64,000 nucleotides of DNA from Limnothrix sp. BL-A-16 (lineage in GTDB: Bacteria; Cyanobacteriota; Cyanobacteriia; CACIAM-69d). The notes under the pieces are model-generated. The model was given only the letters and a program-made list of their open reading frames with translations. It made no database searches and was not told the DNA's origin. Position numbers and translations under genes: made by a program. The stretch spans positions 1,216,001-1,280,000 of the forward strand of contig CP166615.1 of the NCBI GenBank assembly GCA_041937175.2. The letters are read 5' to 3'. Of the stretch, positions 1 through 11,094 are shown one piece after another. Position 1 is the stretch's first letter. Each line of letters opens with the position of its first letter.

Positions 1-1540
1 TCGCTTCGTCCAACACTAAAATGGGGGGATTTTTCAACACCGCCCGGGCGATCGCGATCCGCTGCCGCTGCCCGCCCGACAGCTTTTGACCCCGCTCACC
101 GACAATGGTTTCGTAACCCTGGGGAAGTTGCTGAATGAAATCATCAGCTTCTGCAATTTTAGCCGCCGCTAGAATTTGATCTTGGCTGGCGTGAAATGTG
201 CCATAGGCGATGTTTTCAGCCACAGTTCCATGGAACAGAAAAACATCTTGACTCACCAAACCAATGGCTCCGCGCAAACTTTCTAGGTCGATTTCACGGG
301 TATCAATTCCATCGAGAAAAATAGCGCCATCGTTAATTTCATAAAGACGCAGCAGCAGCTTCACCAAGGTGCTTTTGCCAGAACCAGTGGCTCCCACAAT
401 TGCAATTGTTTGACCAGCGGGGATCGTGAGAGAGAGATTTTGCACCACGGGCGATCGACCTCGATAGGCAAAGGTCACGCGATCGAGCACAATTTCGCCG
501 CGAATTTCCGAAGGGGCAAAGGTTTTGGTTCCTGAATGGGCATCAATGGGTGTATCCAACAAATTAAAAATTCGCCGAATAGAAGCCATGGCTCGCTGAT
601 AGTTATCCAGGGTTTGGCCCAAAGTAGTGAGGGGCCACAAAAGCCGCTGAATAATGAAAATCGAGGTGCTGTAAACCCCGATCGACATGCGCCCCGCCGC
701 CGCTTCCAAACCGCCCACCACCAAAGTGGCCGTGAACCCACAAAGGATCACCATCCGAATCAAAGGCACAAAGGCAGCGCTATAGGCGATCGCCCTTCGG
801 TTAGAACGACGGTAAGCATTGCTATCGATCATCACCCGATCGTGTTCATAGCGCTCCGCCGTAAAACTTTTGATGGTTAAAATGCCACCTAAATTATTCG
901 CCAATCGGGCACTCAGCAAGCCCACGGTTTCTCGCATTTCGGAATAGCGAGGGGCCAAATTTTTCTGAAAGGCGATCGATCCCCACAAAATAAATGGCAT
1001 AGGCAACATCGACAGCCAGGCCACCTGAGGCGCAACCGCAAAAAAGCTACCCCCAATGATCAAAACTGTTGTGGTCACCTGCAAAACATCATTTGCACCC
1101 GTGTCTAGAAATCGCTCCAATTGATTGACATCATCATTCAAAATTGAGAGCAGTTCTCCGGTGCTGCGCTCTTCAAAATAAGCCAACTCCAAGGACTGCA
1201 AATGATCATAGACCTCCAGTCGCAAATCATGCTGAATAGACTGGGCTAGATTGCGCCAAACTCGCTTGTAGGCATATTCAAAAACAGACTCCAAAATCCA
1301 AATTAGCCAGGTTAAAACCGCCAGTACCAAGAATTGCTCGGTGATTCCCTGAAGCCCCCAGGAAGCCAACCAGGAATCCTGCCGCTGCACCAATGTGTCA
1401 ACGGCTAAGCCTAGTAAAGCTGGCGGAGCCAGGTCAAAAACTTTATTCAGAACCGAATAGGCTGTCGCTTGCCAAAGCTGACTGCGATATTGCGGCAAGT
1501 AAAGAAATAAACGACGAAGGGGATGCAAAACCTGAGTCAT
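1..1540 (-). CDS. ABC transporter permease/ATP-binding protein (3' end runs off the window)
   Basis: Missing from the ORF track; translated by hand. ATG at 1540 (MTQVLHPLRRLF...), TM region, Walker A IVGATGSGKST (~370-400), signature LSGGQ (~65-85), Walker B ILVLDEA at the window edge. Confidence 0.9.
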   Translation of the reverse strand, partial: MTQVLHPLRRLFLYLPQYRSQLWQATAYSVLNKVFDLAPPALLGLAVDTLVQRQDSWLASWGLQGITEQFLVLAVLTWLIWILESVFEYAYKRVWRNLAQSIQHDLRLEVYDHLQSLELAYFEERSTGELLSILNDDVNQLERFLDTGANDVLQVTTTVLIIGGSFFAVAPQVAWLSMLPMPFILWGSIAFQKNLAPRYSEMRETVGLLSARLANNLGGILTIKSFTAERYEHDRVMIDSNAYRRSNRRAIAYSAAFVPLIRMVILCGFTATLVVGGLEAAAGRMSIGVYSTSIFIIQRLLWPLTTLGQTLDNYQRAMASIRRIFNLLDTPIDAHSGTKTFAPSEIRGEIVLDRVTFAYRGRSPVVQNLSLTIPAGQTIAIVGATGSGKSTLVKLLLRLYEINDGAIFLDGIDTREIDLESLRGAIGLVSQDVFLFHGTVAENIAYGTFHASQDQILAAAKIAEADDFIQQLPQGYETIVGERGQKLSGGQRQRIAIARAVLKNPPILVLDEA

Positions 1541-1570
1541 GGGAATAGGCAACGTAAAAACAGGAATTAA

Positions 1571-2980
1571 TTAGCTCATCTTTTTTTCAGAGCGCGATCG
1601 AGAACTCCAAACTTCCGCAATGATGATAATTGCAGAAGCCATGAGGGTGCTGCCAAATAACCCTAGGGCCAAAACCTTGACTTTGCCACCAGAAGATGGC
1701 TTACGAGGCACAGTCGCTGGCTCTAGAATTCTGGTGCTGTTGTTGCGCTGTTCTTCCTTGACCAGGAGCGTTTGCAAATTGGAAAGTAGGGTTTCATAGG
1801 TTCCCTGGGCGGCCTTTAGCTTGCGTTCCAGATAGCGTTGTTCTTGTTCAATTTTGGGCAAGCTGCGGCTCCGTCGGAGATACATGGATCGACTGTCTTC
1901 AAAGGACTTGAGTTTATTGACCGCGCTCACTCGCTCCGTTTCAGAGTTGAGGTATTGCTGAATTAAACTCACCCGCAATTCCCCAGCCTGTAAGAAACTG
2001 GGCGGAACCACTTGCCGATCGCCCAAAGTTTCTTGAATTCGCTTTTGCAAAATGTCTTGTAACTGTCGCTCCCGTTCCATTAACCGGGAAACCGTGGGGC
2101 TGCTGTCTGTAAAGCGCGATCGCTGCTCTGCGAGTTCTTTTTGGGTGTCTTGCAAATCTACCAAAACTTTCTGAACACTGGGGGACTGGCTCACGGCCGC
2201 CACCACCACAGCTTCCTGGGGAGAAAGATTGAGTTGACGGCGCAAGACTGTGGCTTTGGCAGCCGCTTCCATTGCTGCGGCTTCCGTGTTGGTAATTTGC
2301 TCGTCGAGCAACCGCAGAGCCAGCACCGAAGTTCGCGCTTCCTCTTCTAAATTAATCACCTGATTTTGTTCTTTAAATCGCTGAAGTCTCAGTTCCAAAT
2401 TTCGCAGTTGCTTTTCCACCTGTGGCAACTCACGGGACAGAAAAATGCGAGCTTGAACGGTGTCTTCTCGGGCGATCGCCACGTTGTTATTGCGATAGAC
2501 CTCAATCACGGAATTCACAACGGCCGCCGCCAACTCTGGAGACTCATTGACATAGGTAATGCTGACCACATCCGTTGCGCCAATGATCTTGACTTCCAGC
2601 GCTGTCTTCAGCTCCCCTGGCCCTAAGGGTTCGCCTTTTTTATCTCGCAAGTCCAGCTTCTTGATGGTGCGCTCTAGTAATGGTTCCGAGAGCAAAATTT
2701 CCATCTGATTACTGATGGGACTCTGGTCAACCAACAGCGATCGCAGCGGATTATCCGACTCATCCCGTGCAAGACCCGTCAACTCTTGAGTGGAGTCAAT
2801 TCTGAAGAGAATCTTGGCTCCAGCCTCATACACAGGCTTCACGCGCCGGGCCGCCAAAACAGAACCACCCATGCCCAAAATAAAAACACAAGCAGCCGGT
2901 AGCCAGGCCCGTTGACAAGCCTTAAGGATAAGCCCTAGGGGATTGAAGTCGATCGCCTCGCGGGATGTCTGGGACTGCAT
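1571..2980 (-). CDS. GumC/Wzc-family polysaccharide co-polymerase without kinase domain
   Basis: N-terminal TM, long coiled coil, RILEPATVPRKP followed by a C-terminal TM; adjacent to Wza-like gene. Confidence 0.85.
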   Translation of the reverse strand: MQSQTSREAIDFNPLGLILKACQRAWLPAACVFILGMGGSVLAARRVKPVYEAGAKILFRIDSTQELTGLARDESDNPLRSLLVDQSPISNQMEILLSEPLLERTIKKLDLRDKKGEPLGPGELKTALEVKIIGATDVVSITYVNESPELAAAVVNSVIEVYRNNNVAIAREDTVQARIFLSRELPQVEKQLRNLELRLQRFKEQNQVINLEEEARTSVLALRLLDEQITNTEAAAMEAAAKATVLRRQLNLSPQEAVVVAAVSQSPSVQKVLVDLQDTQKELAEQRSRFTDSSPTVSRLMERERQLQDILQKRIQETLGDRQVVPPSFLQAGELRVSLIQQYLNSETERVSAVNKLKSFEDSRSMYLRRSRSLPKIEQEQRYLERKLKAAQGTYETLLSNLQTLLVKEEQRNNSTRILEPATVPRKPSSGGKVKVLALGLFGSTLMASAIIIIAEVWSSRSRSEKKMS

Positions 2981-3029
2981 AGGGTTCAGGTAATGAAATC
3001 GAAGGCCGAGGGCTAGGCAGTTTATTGAA

Positions 3030-4394
3030 TTACTGAAAATTGGGAGCGCTGGGGGCCAACAGGCGACGCAGGTTCGAGAGATTATCCACAGGCGACAGCA
3101 ACACCCGTAGGAAGTCCGTAATTCGGGTTACGCCATTGGTGTTAATCACCACGATGTCGTTGTTCAGCAACAGGGGATTGGTTTCCTCATTCAGGCCGGC
3201 TTGCAGGTCAAGGGAGATGCGGCGGGCGGTGGCTGACCCATCGGGATTAATCCGAATCAGGTCAACTTGGCTGGAGATGGCGCGGGGGCGCAGGAATCCG
3301 CCGGCCGCCAAGACGGCCTGATTGAGGGTGGCGTTGGGTGGCAGCTTAATGAGGCCGGGGGCTTTCACTTCGCCAACCACGTTCACCCCGATCGTTTCGG
3401 GGGCAAAGCTAGCCCGGGCCACGCGCGAAACCTCCTCAGAAGAAAAGGTGCTGGCCTTTGGAATCATCAGCATGTCTCCATCCCGCAGCAGGATATTTTG
3501 GCTGAGGTCGCCACTTTCCAGCAGTTGCCAAAGGTTAAGGGTTTGGTCTTGGGGATTGCCGCCCGGATCTGAGCGCCGGAGGCGGATGTTGCGAATATCG
3601 GCGAGGGGGGTGATGCCGCCGGCCGCCACGATCGCCCGGGTCACGTCTGGCCATTGAAGGGGTAACTGATTGGGCACCACGTCCCGATTGCTGACCTCGA
3701 TCGCGTAGGAACCGGGTCGATTCACTTCCCCAGAAACACCAATCCGAACCGGGCGGGGCGTTAAAACATTGACGGTGATGATTGGGGTCTTTACGAAGGG
3801 GCGATAGGCCTGGCTGAGGGCACTGGCCAATTGCTGAGGAGTTAAGCCTCGGGCCCGCACAGAACCAATCCAGGGCACGGAAATCGTGCCATCAACCAGC
3901 ACCAGATAGATACGGTTGCTGAATTCGGGCACATCAAAAATTTCCACCTGTAGCCGATCGCCCGTATCCAGTTGATACCCATCGATCGGGGGTTGCAGCG
4001 TCGGATCAAGCATGGAACCCGCCGAGGTGGACGCGGGAGCCAGAAGCAACCGAGGCAAAGGCTGAAGGGTTGCAGAATTCGGCGCGGAGTCTGGCGTGGA
4101 ATTGCTGGAGGTGGAGTTAGCCGATGGATTGAGGGTGGGATCGGGTGCTGCAACGCTGGAGGGGCTGTCGGGCGCACTGAGGGCCGGTTCATCAAAAGGG
4201 TCGAGGGGTTGGGCCGCCACGGGTTGGGCGATCGATCCCCAACAGCAACCACCCAAAATGCTAACAAGCAGTGCAGTTATTCGACTCGACGGCCGAGGGC
4301 TTTGAAGCAGGGCTGACATAGACAGCAGAGGATTGAGCAAATGCGCGGGCAAGGGTTTAAGTGACCATGGAACGGTAACTGCGCTGCAATGCAC
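3030..4394 (-). CDS. Polysaccharide export protein (Wza-like, Poly_export plus SLBB); real start probably ~4319
   Basis: YQLDTGDRLQVEIFDVPEFS, DGTISVPWIG, VSGEVNRPGSY and VVGEVKAPG motifs. Confidence 0.88.
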   Translation of the reverse strand: MHCSAVTVPWSLKPLPAHLLNPLLSMSALLQSPRPSSRITALLVSILGGCCWGSIAQPVAAQPLDPFDEPALSAPDSPSSVAAPDPTLNPSANSTSSNSTPDSAPNSATLQPLPRLLLAPASTSAGSMLDPTLQPPIDGYQLDTGDRLQVEIFDVPEFSNRIYLVLVDGTISVPWIGSVRARGLTPQQLASALSQAYRPFVKTPIITVNVLTPRPVRIGVSGEVNRPGSYAIEVSNRDVVPNQLPLQWPDVTRAIVAAGGITPLADIRNIRLRRSDPGGNPQDQTLNLWQLLESGDLSQNILLRDGDMLMIPKASTFSSEEVSRVARASFAPETIGVNVVGEVKAPGLIKLPPNATLNQAVLAAGGFLRPRAISSQVDLIRINPDGSATARRISLDLQAGLNEETNPLLLNNDIVVINTNGVTRITDFLRVLLSPVDNLSNLRRLLAPSAPNFQ

Positions 4395-5535
4395 CCGATT
4401 CTTGAATAGGTTGGGTAGGTTGGGTCAATGGAGCGATCGCACTTGTTGAGGGGTTTGGGTGGGTGGCCTGCACCCCAATCCCAGTCATGATCGGGAATTG
4501 GGGCATTTTGAGGAATTTCCCAAGATTTTGCCCAAGCAGTGATCGTTTCCAGGGAATCAACTACCATCGCGACCATCATAATCTGACCGATAGCGAGGAT
4601 GGTGCTCAGGTTAACTCATCCATTACTCACCCTGGGGATCGGCTGAAAGGGAATTTGCCCATCGCAGAATCCGGGTATTCTTCACGAGTCGATCGGGATC
4701 GACCGCAATCAATCCCCAAAAATCCAAGGGTTGCAGGGTTGCGGCAAGGGAAGCCGAGGGGGATTTGCGATCGGGATCCTTCGGCAACGGCTCGATCGAT
4801 AGCGGGCCAGATGCCCCTTTAGATTGCACCAGTGATGGTCAAGATTTGGTAGCAATTTTCACGAGATTCCCCGTAATCTTGCAGGGTTTACCCAAAATCG
4901 ATCTTCCATCAAATTTTCTGCTCGTAATTGGCTACATTCTCAGCCTTTCTGTATTTTTCTATCAATTTCTGATCCTGCTAACCCTGTTTTGATTCAGTCA
5001 ATTCTCGGTCAATCTTTCGCCAAACACTGGGGCAGATGCTTGGGTCAATACTTAAACAAATACCCAGCAAATACCCAGCAAATACCCCAACAAACACCAT
5101 TGAGTGAACCCCACAGAAACCCCACAGAGCAGCCTTTTCGAGACACCCTCCTTGAGAATGTACCCATGGTGCTTCCCTGACCTAACGGCGATCGAGGAAA
5201 TCGATTAACACCGATTAACACCGATCACAGAACCGATCGCCCCGATCGCGACCAAACCCAAACAGCTTTAGAAGATGTCTCGGTGATCTCTTGAGACACT
5301 CACCAATCACCACTCAATCTTGAAGGCAAGCGGCTTCAGCTCCCTGTTCTCGTCGATTGGTGCGCCCAATTAGGCATCCGTTTTGGCATTTCAAACCCCC
5401 TCTCGGGTTGAGCAAACTGGGAAAAGAGTCTTGAAAAAAAGCCAAGAACCGTCACCCCTTGCCTGAATCCGGTTTAGGGTCGTGAGAGATTGATCCGCGT
5501 TGGGATTGATTCCCTCACCCCTTGGGTCAAAATAA

Positions 5536-6624
<1,089 letters not shown>

Positions 6625-6649
6625 TGATTGGCTAATTCATTAACGCAGC

Positions 6650-6675
6650 AGACAAGGGGCTTAAGCCCCTTGTCT
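6650..6675. repeat. REP-like perfect palindrome
   Basis: agacaaggggcttaagccccttgtct downstream of gap1. Confidence 0.85.
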
Positions 6676-6784
6676 CCATGATTTTGTAGCGGCAGGACGG
6701 CTAATTTAACCGACCCTTGAAACCTGCCATCCTGCCCAGAACTTGCATCCCAAAACACTCTGAAGGCACTGTGGAGGAACAGCA

Positions 6785-7393
6785 ATGGAAAAACCCTACA
6801 GCACCCACGAGTTATTACAAATTTTGGCCGAAGAACAGCGGGCCTGTATGCAGGGTCAACGCTTACATTTGACGGCAAAAGTATCAGGAATTGCGCCGCT
6901 CGATCGCCTGATTGACCCCAAAGGGATCCAAAAATTTACGGCTTATCAAAACTTTCGGGCCCAAATTCATGCCTACCAGCGTGAGCAGGGGGTGTCGGGC
7001 TTGGTGTGGCGATCGATCGCCCTGGGCCCCCATCGGCTGAACTATCCCGAATTACATGATCAGTTAATTGCGCTGCCGGAGGATATCCACACCCTCCAGC
7101 GCTTTAAGGATGATGCGATTGAATTTTGGCGATCGGTCACGCGGGGGTTCGATCGCCACCTGAGCGTGGCCGGGGGGCGGGACTTTTGCACCCTCACCCC
7201 CAATGATGAGCAGCGTTTGATCGATCGCGCTGAATGGGTCAGTTTGGATCCGCGTGGCCAAGCCTTGCCCTGCGAGGTGGTGTTGCAGTTGGGTTGGGGC
7301 GATCCGGCCGGCGCACGCTACCGACGCGACTGGCCCCAATCGGGCAGCGAGTTGGTTCATGCCGTGCCGCCCGGGGGGTGTCCCATGCCCTAG
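6785..7393 (+). CDS. Hypothetical protein (202 aa)
   Basis: GGAGG RBS, ATG start, host-like composition; no motif recognised. Confidence 0.8.
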   Translation: MEKPYSTHELLQILAEEQRACMQGQRLHLTAKVSGIAPLDRLIDPKGIQKFTAYQNFRAQIHAYQREQGVSGLVWRSIALGPHRLNYPELHDQLIALPEDIHTLQRFKDDAIEFWRSVTRGFDRHLSVAGGRDFCTLTPNDEQRLIDRAEWVSLDPRGQALPCEVVLQLGWGDPAGARYRRDWPQSGSELVHAVPPGGCPMP

Positions 7394-7485
7394 CCGCCGG
7401 CCGCAAAAATGCCCATCACAATGGCCGACAGCAGCAGCCCGGGACTCAGCAGCAATACCAATGTGCCTAGATCATGCCAATTCAT
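7390..7485 (-). CDS. 31-aa single-TM small protein MNWHDLGTLVLLLSPGLLLSAIVMGIFAAGG
   Basis: Below the ORF-track cutoff; GAGGA RBS upstream; its stop overlaps the stop of the convergent gene (CTAG). Confidence 0.65.
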   Translation of the reverse strand: MNWHDLGTLVLLLSPGLLLSAIVMGIFAAGG

Positions 7486-7674
7486 AGTTTTAATCCTCGT
7501 TTCAGTCCTCGATCGCGACGATCCTTCAACACAACCCTTCAAAAACCGAACCATTCCAGAATGGCTTGAAAGTCTTTGGGGCTTTGGAAGTTTTTGGGGC
7601 CAAACCGTGGCCTGCTCCCGATCGTAGCGGCTCTTTTTGATCCCGTCCCGGAAGATCAGCTTTGACTTCAGGTT

Positions 7675-10332
7675 TCACAGCCAATTGCCCACCAGGATAT
7701 AGGGGGCCCAAAAGAAGGGATGACGAAAGTTGGGGTTTTTGAGCAAGGCAAGCTGGGCCTGGCGCAGGGATTCAGATTTGGTGGCTCCGGTGCGCAGGCT
7801 TTGGTAAAAGTCTCCCATCAGCAAAGCGGTGGATTCGTCGCTGACCTGCCAGAGCGTTCCCAACACGCTGCGAGTGCCGGCCTGAATGGCGATGCCCGTG
7901 AGGCCCAGGGTGGCGCGATCGTCCCCTCGGGCTGTTTCGCAAGCACTCAACACCAACAGTTCGATCGGGGGGCGGCTGACCGGTCGGCGCAACAGTTGGT
8001 CAAAATCCGCCAGATCAATGCGGCGATCCCAAGCCAGCAGAAAGGTGCGATCGGCTCGGGAACTGAACTGGGCATGGGTGGCCACATGGACGATCGGGGC
8101 ATTGTTTCGCTGCAAAGCTTGGCGCAGGGCCTGCTCCGTCAGGGCCTGGTCGCGCAGGACGGCCGCCGGTAACTCCTGGGCCAAAATATCCAGCTCATCG
8201 GCCACAAAGGGCAAGGCTCCCAATTTTTCCGCCTGGAAACTGGGGGCCACTTCCGAAACCCCCGCCGCCAAGACGTTGAGCGATCGCGGGTTCAGGGCTT
8301 TGGGGGCAAAAAGCTGCAAGCCCAAGGCCCTGGCGGTGTTGTAGCGCTCCAAGAGATATTGCTCTCCGTCATGGAGGGCGGCGATCGGGATATTGGCCAA
8401 GGGCCCATCCAGCACAAACACCAGGGTTTTGACTCCCGATTGGGCTAATTCTGAGGCAATCGGAGCCACTAACCAGTCATAAACCTGCTTAGACAGGCGC
8501 AAGCGCTCCCGATTGGGAATGGTTGGGTCTTGGACGGCCTGTTGCACCCGTTGCAGGGTTTGGAGAACGGTGGCTCGGGGCACGGGAACCACGGCGTAGC
8601 GCAACGGTTGGCCGGGTAATTTGGTGAGGGTGGCCACGCGATCGCTTAAAACAATCGCCTCCACGGCGGCCGTGTCCGATCGCCCGTCAATGGCCCGATC
8701 GAGCGGTTCCGGTTTGGCATCCAAACAAGCTTGGCGAAAGAAGTTTTCCAATTCCACCAACTGCAAAGCCTCGATCGCCGATCGGGCCGCTTGCAAGTCT
8801 TCCTGGCTGGGGTTGCCGCGCAACAACTGATCCACAAACTCCCGATAAACCGGCTCCACCCGATCGCGGAAGGAAAACTGCACCACGGAATCCATCCCAG
8901 CCAGATCATTGCGCAATTGCCCGATCGCTTGGGTGGCCAGGCGATAGGCCGCTAGAGAACCGGCGCGATCGCCCCCTTGGGCCCGCAACTGCCCGAGGGA
9001 ACGAGCCGTGCGATAGGTCACCTCCGGAGCCGCCAACCCTTCCACCAGCGCCAAGGATTGCTCCAGCCAACGCGCCGCCAGGGCGGTTTCCCCCCGTTGC
9101 CGATAGGTTTCGCCCAACTGCCCCCAAACCGCCGCCGTCAAACGGTGATCGCCCAGGGCTTGGGCCGATTGGGCCGCCTGTTGCAATCCTGCTAAGGCCA
9201 AGGCCGGTTCATTCACGGTTGACCACCAGCGGGCCAGGCGCATTTGGGCCGCAATCCGATCGCGCCCGATCGGGAGTTGTGCCACCTGGTTCGCCAAATC
9301 TTGCAGTTGTGCCTTGCTGACGGTTTCTCCGGGCGGGTTGCCCGTTTCCAAACCCAGAAACACCATCTCCCAACGTTCCAACTGGCCCCACAGTCGATCG
9401 CGATCGCTTCCGGCCGCGGCCGCCGCCACCCTTGCTTGATCGAAGGCCGCCATGGCCTGTTGTCGGAGGGCCATCCATTGGGGATCATTGCGGTCTAACC
9501 CTTGGCGAGCCAACAGGGCCCGAGTGCGCGCCAGGGCCAATGCTGCGGTGCTGCGATCGGCCAGGGTTCCCGACTGTTCCAACACCGTTGCCGCTTGACT
9601 CAACCAAGTTTCCGCTCGGGTCAACTGCCCCAGCGATCGCAAGGCTTCCCCAGCCGACAGCAGGCCCAACCCTTGCAGGCGTGTGGGGTCACGGGGGGCC
9701 TCCGGGGCAGTGCCAATTTGCCCTTCAATCACCATCAGGGCACGCCCGTAGAGTCCCAAGGCTTGCAGGGCCTGGGCCCGATTCAGGCTGGTTCCCAATT
9801 GCCCATCCCGATCGCCCGCCGATCGATACAGGGATTCCGCTTGCTCCAAAAGTTGAATCGCCCGGGCCGCCTGCCCGGCCGTCAGCTCCAACCGGGCTTG
9901 CTGATTCAAGGCCGCCGCCCGCAACCGCACGGCTCCCTCACCGCGCAACGCTGCCAGCAGACCCAAACTCTGTTGCACCGCTTGCAGGGCTGCTGTTCGA
10001 TCGCCCAATTGCCCCCAGGCCAAGCTGATGCCATGCCAGGCGGCTCCTTGGGCCGTGCGATCATCCCGCTGGGCCGCCTGTTGGGCCGCCCGCTGCCAAT
10101 GGTCGATCGCCTCCGTAAACCGGCCCGCTTCGTAGGCTTGGCGTGCTTGTGCAAACTCCGGAGCGCCGGCCGGGGCGACCAGGGGGGCTGGGGTTTGTCC
10201 TTGGGCGATCGCGGGGAACGCAGCGAAGGAAACTGTTCCCAACACCAACCCACAACCCACCCAGCCCAACCATCGGGGCGATCGGCCCCATTGCCCCCAC
10301 GCCCGCTCGTTACCTTGCCCCATGCCCATCAA
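7675..10332 (-). CDS. TPR + CHAT (caspase-like) domain protein with N-terminal signal/TM segment
   Basis: HVATHAQF and VLSACETA catalytic motifs, GTLWQVSD, HPFFWAPYILVGNWL. Confidence 0.9.
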   Translation of the reverse strand: MMGMGQGNERAWGQWGRSPRWLGWVGCGLVLGTVSFAAFPAIAQGQTPAPLVAPAGAPEFAQARQAYEAGRFTEAIDHWQRAAQQAAQRDDRTAQGAAWHGISLAWGQLGDRTAALQAVQQSLGLLAALRGEGAVRLRAAALNQQARLELTAGQAARAIQLLEQAESLYRSAGDRDGQLGTSLNRAQALQALGLYGRALMVIEGQIGTAPEAPRDPTRLQGLGLLSAGEALRSLGQLTRAETWLSQAATVLEQSGTLADRSTAALALARTRALLARQGLDRNDPQWMALRQQAMAAFDQARVAAAAAGSDRDRLWGQLERWEMVFLGLETGNPPGETVSKAQLQDLANQVAQLPIGRDRIAAQMRLARWWSTVNEPALALAGLQQAAQSAQALGDHRLTAAVWGQLGETYRQRGETALAARWLEQSLALVEGLAAPEVTYRTARSLGQLRAQGGDRAGSLAAYRLATQAIGQLRNDLAGMDSVVQFSFRDRVEPVYREFVDQLLRGNPSQEDLQAARSAIEALQLVELENFFRQACLDAKPEPLDRAIDGRSDTAAVEAIVLSDRVATLTKLPGQPLRYAVVPVPRATVLQTLQRVQQAVQDPTIPNRERLRLSKQVYDWLVAPIASELAQSGVKTLVFVLDGPLANIPIAALHDGEQYLLERYNTARALGLQLFAPKALNPRSLNVLAAGVSEVAPSFQAEKLGALPFVADELDILAQELPAAVLRDQALTEQALRQALQRNNAPIVHVATHAQFSSRADRTFLLAWDRRIDLADFDQLLRRPVSRPPIELLVLSACETARGDDRATLGLTGIAIQAGTRSVLGTLWQVSDESTALLMGDFYQSLRTGATKSESLRQAQLALLKNPNFRHPFFWAPYILVGNWL

Positions 10333-10491
10333 TCACGCTCGCTGTTGTGGATCAATTTCCTTTCTCCACTATCACCGACCGATCCAAAATTTCCGGTCTC
10401 TTCTCCGGTCTTTTAACGGTGCTTTGAGCGTGATTTTGGTTGTTTTGACCGGTTTTTGACTGGTTTTTAACTGGTTTGATGGACAATCATG

Positions 10492-10773
10492 TCAGAACCG
10501 ATAGCGATGGTGCGCTTCGAGCCAACTCCGAAGTTCCCGCTCAGCCGGGCTAGAGAATCGATCGCCCGTGCGCGGATCCCAACCGTAAAAAATTTCCTCA
10601 CCGGTTGGCAGCGTCCGCGACCAAACTCGAATTTGATCGGGCGTGCTGAGCCGCATCACTGCTCGATGACCCCAATGGGCCAGCCGTTGCCCAAAATTGC
10701 CTAGGATGGTGTTTTCAGCACAGCAGTCCGCCAACCACCGCAGGGGCGATCGGGTTGCAGAGGTAAAGTGCAT
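10492..10773 (-). CDS. Hypothetical protein (93 aa), divergent from LysR gene
   Basis: AGGAG RBS before ATG 10773; C-terminus resembles small cyanobacterial hypotheticals (WDPRTGDRFSS...LRSWLE). Confidence 0.65.
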   Translation of the reverse strand: MHFTSATRSPLRWLADCCAENTILGNFGQRLAHWGHRAVMRLSTPDQIRVWSRTLPTGEEIFYGWDPRTGDRFSSPAERELRSWLEAHHRYRF

Positions 10774-10900
10774 GACTCGGTTCTCCTGAAGAAACAAATC
10801 TCCTGGCCATCGTTGTGGAAGGCGGTAGCCAGGAGATTTGCTGTGCTTTCACCCTATCAAGGGTTGGCGGCTCGATCGACCGATGGCTTGCATGGGAGGT

Positions 10901-10915
10901 ATGAATGAAATCGAT
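10901..10915. promoter_or_regulatory. Possible LysR T-N11-A operator
   Basis: ATGAATGAAATCGAT in the divergent intergenic region; weak motif. Confidence 0.3.
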
Positions 10916-11094
10916 GGATGTCTTGGTTGATCCCCCAAAGTGCCGGTATAGCATGGAGAGCAATTCGGCTCCGGTTTCTGACGGCACTTTTCCCCATTAG
11001 CCGGATTTGGTCTGTCAAATTTAATCTGCTGAATTTGCTGAATCAGTTGCTGAATTTTTGATCGCTTTCCAGTCGATTCAACATCGACTCAGCC

